From contig NC_083277.1 in assembly GCF_963506605.1 (NCBI RefSeq), positions 17,670,001-17,734,000 of the forward strand: DNA of 64,000 bases, given 5' to 3'. Every line of letters begins with the position of its first letter. The first letter of the stretch is position 1. Of this stretch, positions 56,408 to 64,000 are shown piece after piece. Position numbers and translations under genes: made by a program. A model generated the notes under the pieces. The model did not search any database. It had not been told where the DNA came from and saw nothing but the letters and a program-made list of their open reading frames with translations. This DNA is from Zootoca vivipara (lineage: Eukaryota).

Positions 56408-58236
56408 GTAGGTGGGCGGGCGGGCGGGTGGAGAGAGAGCTGCAGGCGACATGGGCGGAGATGGGGCAGCTGAAAAGCCATGGAAGGAACCCCGGGAGGT
56501 CCGAAGCGTGGTCTGCTTAAGAGGTTTTGCTTTTCTAATTTAAACTGGTGGCAGTGTGGCGTAGTGGTTAGAGCGCTGGGGGGGGGGTAGGTTCAGAAAA
56601 GAGCAGCCAGAATGATCAAGGGGGTGGAGGAGTGACTCCCCTAACAAGGAAAAGCTGCAACGTTCGGGGCTTTTTAGTGCAGAGAAAAGGTGACGTGAAA
56701 GAAGCATTTAAAATTGTTAATGGCACGGAAAAATGTTTTTCTCCCTCTCGCACAGCTCTAGAACTCGTGGGCATCCCGAGAAAGAAGGTTCAGGTCCAGC
56801 TTTAGGATTGGTCACTGTTTGGAGCCGTCACAGTGTTTCAGCCTCGCCTACCTCGCAGGGTTGTTGTGAGGTTAAAATGGGGGCATAGCTGCCAAGTTTT
56901 CCCTTTTCTCACGAGGAAGCCTATTCAGCATAAGGGAAAATCCCTGTAAAAAAGGGATAACTTGGCAGCTATGAATGGGGGTGGGATGGGAGAGAGGAAG
57001 CACGTGTGTCACCTTGTGCCCATTGGAGGAAGGTGGGGTCAAAAAGTACTATAAATTAATAAAACAATTAAGGGGGGGAGGCTTGTCTAAGGGATACACA
57101 TTGTGTGGGTTTTTCCTCTATTGAAGCATCCCTGTAGAAAAACTATAGACTGCAAATGCGCCATGCATTTAAAGTATATCCCCCCCCAAAAAAATAGAAT
57201 CATGGGAACTGTAGTTTACCCCTCACAGAACTACAATTTATTAAACTACATTTCCCACCATTCTTTTGGGGAAAAGAAATAGGCAATGTGTGTGCTTTAA
57301 ATGCAAGGGGTGTACACCTAGAAACAAATTGTATTGGGCCACAAATAAACCAAATGAATAATAATGTTTTCCTATAATAATAACGTTTTGGCATTTTTGT
57401 AGTTTTTGCTTGGTGTAAATGCTGCAAGACAGATTCAAAGTAATTAAGACAGGCTCAACCCTTGACAATAACTTCATCAGCCCAGTAGTTTGCAACAAAG
57501 AAGGAAAAGGAACCAACTTTGTTCCACTTTATGAAAGCGTTCCTGCCAGGGTATTTAGACTCATCCATCCTCTTCTACTCCCCCAAGCCCAGGAAAATAA
57601 TTATTTAGTGCTCAAATTTAGTGCTGGGGGGGGGGGGCGTTCCCTGGGAAAGGAGCAGGCCTAGAGGAAAACTGCTCAGTGTGGATGAGGCCTTATTAGA
57701 GGCAGTTCTGCCAGTTTATAATCCGCCTTTAACCGTTTGCAGATGGCTTTAGTGTTAATGACTTCGGGTACTTTCGGATGGCGGCTTTGCATTGCAAATG
57801 AGAATATTCAGATATTGCACCTAGGTTATTGGCAGCAATGTTTTAAGCAACATCAGATTTCCTCCTTAAAAGTTAAATTTGGATTAAAGGGAAGTGGGCT
57901 GGCAATTATATGCTGATGTTGCATAACAATTTGTTGTATGTTTTTATGCCGATGTTGTATGAACTCTGTAGTACCCGCCCCCCCCCCATAAACACCCATC
58001 CTTCATCCTTAAACAGCATACAGTATGATAGGGCACATTGGGCTGCAACCCTGTACTGTACACACAATAGGATCAGGTTGCTTGAATAAATCTTTAATAG
58101 TGCGTCCTTCATCAGTATGGCCAACCTGCTGAATGCAGCGAGAGTCTGCATTTATTTTACAATTATTGTCATAAAACTTGTAAGCGGCTTACAAAAAGAA
58201 TAAAGTAATAAGCAGTAAAAAAGTGTAAAAGCAATT

Positions 58237-58573
58237 AAAGGTAAAGGGACCCCTGACCAGTCGTGGCCGACTCTGAGGTTGCGTGCTCATCTCGCATTAT
58301 TGGCCAAGGGAGCCAGCGTATAGCTTCCAGGCCATGTGGCCAGCATGACAAAGCCGCTTCTGGCAAACCAGAGCAGCACACGGAAACACCGTTTACCTTC
58401 CCGCTGTAGCGGTTCTTATTTATCTACTTGCATTTTGACGTGCTTTTGAACTGCTAGGTTGGCAGGAGCTGGGACCAAGCAACGGGAGCTCACCCCGTCA
58501 CAGGGATTTGAACCGCCGACCTTCTGATCAGCAAGCCCTAGGCTCAGTGGTTTAACCACAGCGCCACCTGGGT
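58237..58573 (-). mobile_element. Sauria SINE
   Basis: Same family as 42443-42784. Confidence 0.88.
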
Positions 58574-58964
58574 CGGTGCAATTATTACACTTAAAAAAAA
58601 CAAAAAACTTAAATCAACAGTAAGCTAAAAACCAGATTAAAGCACATGTCAACTTTCTGCATGTCAGGATAGGCTTCCCCAAACAAATATGTTCTGAGCA
58701 AGTACCGAAAAGTGAAGGCGCCTGCCTGATGTCAATAATTTGCTCCGTTAAATGTTTCAGGGAAACTATTCAACACATACGTTTGTCCCTCTAAGAGTTA
58801 AAACCACCTTCAAACACAGCTGTTGGAACTTCCCATCACTCCCTCCATCGCAATCTAGTTCTCCCATAAGGCAACCACTTCCTGGTTGCAGAAAGGAGAC
58901 GCCCCTCTCTGTAAGCAAAGGAAAACTAAACTTTGTTCCTCTGCGTTGCAGCTAGAAGACGCCA

Positions 58965-59387
58965 ATGGCTGCGCCGAACCCAGAGAAAAGCCTCCAGGAT
59001 GAAGCCACCTGTTCCATCTGCCTGGATTATTTCCAGAACCCGATGATGGTCATCGACTGTGGGCACAACTTCTGCCGGGACTGCATTGCCCAGTGCTGTG
59101 AAGGGTCCATTGCCAACGTGTTCTCCTGCCCGCAGTGCAGAAAACCCTTCCCTTGGCAGAACCTGCGGCCAAACAGGCACCTGTGGAATATCGTTGAGCT
59201 GGCCATGCAGTTCAGCATGCGGCGAGCCAAGGAGTCGGGAGAACAGAAGCTCTGCAAGAAACACCAGGAGCCCCTGAAGCTCTTCTGCGAATACGATCAA
59301 ACGTCCATCTGCGTGGTTTGTGACCGGTCCAAGCTGCATAAATATCACAATGTGATTCCTATAGAGGAGGCTGCTCAGGTTTACCAG
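58965..59387 (+). CDS. TRIM-E first coding exon (RING + B-box2)
   Basis: [40 protein letters not shown]...CPQCR...CKKH...HKYH; CAG|GTAACG donor. Confidence 0.93.
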
Positions 59388-62300
59388 GTAACGTGGGTGG
59401 CTGAGAGGGGCTCGTAATTTTGGGGGGGGGAGGGGGGAGATTTTCAATCATGTTTTTCATACAGTGATTGCTAAAAACAATAATGTTTGATTCCCAAGGG
59501 AGGGTCAGTTAACAGCCGAGCTTGTTGCCAAGGTGACAAAATGAAGGTTACAAATGCAAAGGATAAGTGAAGGGTTGATATAATTATGTACAAAGTGGAG
59601 GCACTGCTTATCTCTTGGCTACTGCAAACTTTTTCAGTTGCTGATTAATGGGAATTTAGATGAAGAAAAAAACTTTAAAACCTGCCTGGTGTTTGAGCAC
59701 CACAAATACAGAAAAAGGAACGGCATCTATTGTATCTCAGCGAGTGGGTGGCTGGAAGAAAGCCGGTCTTATTTGAAGATTGTGTGTGAAATATGCCAGA
59801 GGAGCGGTTTTAGATTAGTTTAATACAGCATGGAATGCAAATTAGCAATCTGATGGTATTTAGATGTTGTTCCAGCACTGAGCTTAAATAATTTTCTCTC
59901 GCATGTACTGTAGCTGCTTATTTGAGAAGGACATGGTGAATGGCTCAAAAACTGTGTTATTTGCATCTGTCTTAGGAGAAAATACACCACTGCTTGCAAA
60001 CTTTGAAAGAAGAGAGAGACAAGATTTTATCATTTAAATTAGATGCAGAGAAGCCAAGCCAGGATCTGCTGGTAAGTGCAAGCACAATCGGAAGTTGGTT
60101 TTTAATTTGTATATGGCGTTTCTACATTTCTGTGTTGGGAATTTCAGCTTTGCATGTGTTATCCATGCAGAGTGCCAGTTTTTAAAACCCCAAGACTACC
60201 AGTTTATCACCTTTAGCTGTTTGATCCAATTCAGTAAAGTGTACACCTGGAATTGATGTGAGTTCAGTTCAGGTTTTGTATAACAGCAATTAATCAATTT
60301 GTATACAGGAGAGAATCTTTTGAGTATCTATTTTTATTAATGTTTAACTGTTTGGCGTTTTATTATGTTTTTGTATGTGCTGGAATCTGCCCAGAGTGGC
60401 TGGTAAAACCCAGCCAGATGGGTGGGGTACAAATAATACTATTATTATTATTGCTACTTTTAATAATACATGCATATATACACTCTCACAAGACATATAG
60501 ATTGCCTAAGGTGAGCAATAATAGTACTTAAACTTTTCTTGTTACAAAGTCTAGATCAGGCATCCCCAAACTTCGGCCCTCCAGATGTTTTGGACTACAA
60601 TTCCCATCATCCCTGACCACTGGTCCTGTTAGCTAAGGATGATGGGAGTTGTAGGCCAAAACATCTGGAGGGCCACAGTTTGGGGATGCCTGGTTTAGAT
60701 TCTTAAGATTTCAGGAACGGATTAAATTCGTAAGTCGAGGCACCACTGTACTATGTTATGGTTTCTAAACATCCCCACAACTTTTATCTATGTTAAAGCT
60801 TGTTCATGCTCACTAAATAACATTCCCTATACTTTCGTAATATGCTTGCTTGGAGACATACACATTTCATCTGGATAATGCCGATTCTCAATTTGCTTTG
60901 ATGAACCCATCCTGACATTAGTACATCGGCTTATGATTCTTCTTATCGTGACAGCCATATAACCACCTCATCATGTTTGGAGATTCCATCATCCAAAACT
61001 TACAGGCCGCTGAGAAGATGAGCAAAACTTTCAGTACCTTTATCACTCACCTCACATGACAAATTTCAGCTAAATGGGGGTTTCCCAAACTTGGTTCCCC
61101 AGCTGTTTTTGGGCTACAACTCCCATCATCCCTAGGCAGCAGGACCAGTGTTCAGGGATGATGGGAATGGTAGTCCAGAAACGGCTAGAGACCCAAGTTT
61201 GGGAAACCCTGGGCTAAACTTTAACCTCAGACATTAGAGTTATAAGTTCCAACGTGGTTCTGTGTTTTATAAAAAAAAAAACCTTTCAACCTGGTGCATT
61301 AAGTTGATACCTGTTGCCCCCCCCCCAAGTGTTATGAGCATGCTTCATGCACCTGTGAACTAGCCCTTGGCAGCTGGATTCTGAAAGTAGCGACTTTACA
61401 AGAGCATCTAATTATAATCTGTTCGATGAGTTTCAGTTTCAGCTGGTGTTTCACAACACCAGCTTCTCTTTCTGCAAAAGAAGACATGGCAACACACATC
61501 TACAACTCGGTGCAACACCATTTTGCTTTATATGCAATGGAAGCAGCCTGGGGAACAGCTGGATTTTGACATTGCAAAGCAGGTGAAAGGACCTTTTAGC
61601 CCTGCAGGGGTTGCTGAGCTACACTTTCCATCAACCAGCGGGCCAGGGATGTTGGGGGTTATAGTTCAGCGACTTCTGGCAGGCCAAAGGACGCCCGTGC
61701 CTCTCGCAGAGACATTTGATAGCGCGCTGGAACACACAAAATGGCGCGTTGTGTGTCAAGGTGCTTTCCAATGGGTGGGTAAGAAATATTATGAATTAAA
61801 AAACAGTGTCGCCGTCCCCCTCCCCACTGTTTGCACCTGTCCCAATCAGGCAGAAACCGAAGCCGAGAGGCAGAAGCTTATGTTGGAATTTCAGCAGCTC
61901 CACCAGTTTCTAGAGAAAGAAGAACAACTCTTGTTAACCCAGCTGCAGAAGCTGGAGATAGAGATAGAGAAGAAGAAGGAAGAGCATGCAGCTAAATTTT
62001 CCGAGGAGATTTCCCATATCAGCACCCTAATTGGCGAGCTGGAGCAGAAGGGTCAGGAGCCGCCAGGTGGGCTGATGCAGGTAACACTGTAAATCAATAA
62101 ATGCCATTATTTAAGGGCCGTAGCACAGTGATAGCACATGCAGAAGAAAGTCTCGGGTTCAGCTCCCGGCATCTCTGTGCCGGAGGGGAGGCTTTGCCTG
62201 AAATCTTGGGAGAGCTGCTGCCAGTCAGAGTAGCCAATACTGAGCTAGATGGACCAATGGCCTGATATGTTCCTTGTTATTTCCCATTTTGTTGCATCCT

Positions 62301-63389
62301 CCTCATTTGGCCTTCTCGCTCCTCTCGCCGCATTCCTCCAGTGGCGCATCGTTGCGGGGTTAACACCTTTCCTGATCTCTGGAAGCCCAGTATTTTGAAC
62401 CTGGGGGGAAAGATGACCTGAGTTTCTGCTGGTGTTGTGTGTCCAAAGCAGGGCCTTCTTCCCCCTCAGCAGAGCAAGATCTTAGCCTGTACTGTGTGGT
62501 TTGTTGGCATCCATCTGCCTCGAGAGACAATGGAGTGCGTCTCCGGGGGGTGAAGTCAAACGGCTGTATTAGTTACCTCCCTGGGATACAAGCCTGGGCA
62601 GGGTGTATGAAGGTCCTGGGCTGCCTAGACGACAAGATCCCCCCACTCTCAGCCTCATGGATGCTGTTGAAAGGAAAGCAGAGCAATACATTTGGCACCT
62701 GCTTGGCTGCAGGAGTTGCCAGAAGGAGGTGTACAAGGTGACTTAGGGACTCCACTCCGGATTTGTGTAGGGTTTACTCCAGGGGGTCAGCAACCTAAGG
62801 CCCATGGGCCACAAGCAGCCCACAGGGGTCATTTAACCGGCCCATGAGCCGCCTCCAAACCGAGCCACTAGGTGAGCCCCCACGCGCTGTGCTAAACCGG
62901 TGCGGCACGGGGACTCGCTTCCGCAGTGCCGGAAATTGCGGGCTCACGTGCGAGCGCAATCTGGCCAACAGAGGGATGGATCTCTGCTGGAGTGAAGCGG
63001 CCCGGGCGAGGTAAAGCTTGCCGACCCCTGGTTTACTCCTTAGGCTTCTCTTCTCCCAAAGATATCCCGCAAGGCATTAGCTATTGTGCTATGCATCCAC
63101 AAAAAGACTTGAATTGGTTTGTTAATGCCGCCAAACTGAAACGAATGCTTTGCGGGTTGAAAGCAAAATGAGCTGGGAAGGTAGCAGGTAGTTGATGCAG
63201 CAACCTTTTGTCTAGGCCTGGTCAGTCCCTGGATTAGGGGCCACCAGGGAAACCTATGAATGCCGTTTCGAGTTTTATGATGTAAGCAAAGGATATAAGA
63301 TGAACCCCTGTAGAAATTAATTGGACAACCTAACCTCTCTGTCTTGTCTCCTCTTTTTCTCGCTAGGATATTGGAAGTATCTTCAACAG
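58965..63389 (+). CDS. TRIM-E: RING-B-box2-coiled-coil TRIM gene, 5' part (continues beyond window)
   Basis: Exons 58965-59387, 59976-60071 (96 nt), 61850-62080 (231 nt), 63367-63389 (23 nt). GT-AG, in phase. Confidence 0.9.
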
Positions 63390-64000
63390 GTATGAGGCCG
63401 TTCTTCCTGTTGCCATTTCTCCACCCTTCACAGAAGGCCATTCTAGTAATGTTCTGCATGCGTGCCAGGATCAAAAGCAGTATGTCTGAGTGGGAGAGTG
63501 TGATTTTCAGTCCTGGTCCTGGTGGCAGGCTTTTCAAAACCATCTGCTAAGGAGGGAATGCTGTACTACGTAGGCCTTTTTTATATATACAACATTTTTT
63601 ATTAATTTTTTTCCCAGTTTGTACATCTCAAAATAAACATTTTACATCATGCCATGAAACAATGGACTTAACCTCCTTCGCTTTTCATGATTCTTCTTGC
63701 TCTCTTATTCTATAAGTTAAACCTACTGCTTCCGCAAATTCTATCATCTTAAAGTTGCCAACCTTCCTTACTAGAGATCTTGCTCACTTTCCATCTTTGG
63801 GCTTGGACTACGTCGGCTGTTGGTCTGATCCACCGGGATGCTTCTTGCATCCTTCCCCTTCTACCTAGATTTCTCTGAATTTTCACTAGCATGTGCCCCT
63901 ACCCCACACCCTACCCCACACCCAAAGTTGCAAATCCATTGGCCAATGTCCTAGTTCACCTTCGTTCAGCTTGGCCAGCTGTTTACAGTATGTAGATACA

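Noticed and set aside
1-64000. CRISPR arrays, operons or autonomous transposase genes
   Set aside because: Vertebrate DNA. The repeats are MITEs, SINEs and microsatellites, and no intact transposase or RT ORF is present.

Overview
Eukaryotic, intron-rich DNA from a squamate reptile. The Sauria SINEs, BovB, Squam3-type SINEs, CR1/L2/L1 fragments and many hAT/Tigger MITEs point to a lacertid lizard, which is an inference. The window is a tandem cluster of TRIM E3 ligase genes (RING / B-box2 / coiled-coil / PRYSPRY, TRIM27/39/7-like). It holds four complete minus-strand genes, called here TRIM-A (5130-12591), -B (16838-26184), -C (30454-38253) and -D (41205-54383). A plus-strand gene, TRIM-E, starts at 58965 and runs off the window. 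Exons were mapped by hand from GT-AG sites and reading phase. At the left end a solitary histone H2A gene with a histone stem-loop encodes an unusual 157-aa protein with a long Ala/Lys/Pro-rich C-terminal tail. It sits between two decayed PRYSPRY exons that the ORF track does not reveal as such. The array shows modular evolution: one PRYSPRY cassette joined to two different RBCC lineages, homogenised exon 1/promoters, shortened coiled coils, linker micro-exons switched on and off, ISRE/IRF motifs, and an orphan 3'UTR at a rearrangement junction. No database searches were run; family names come from motif recognition.
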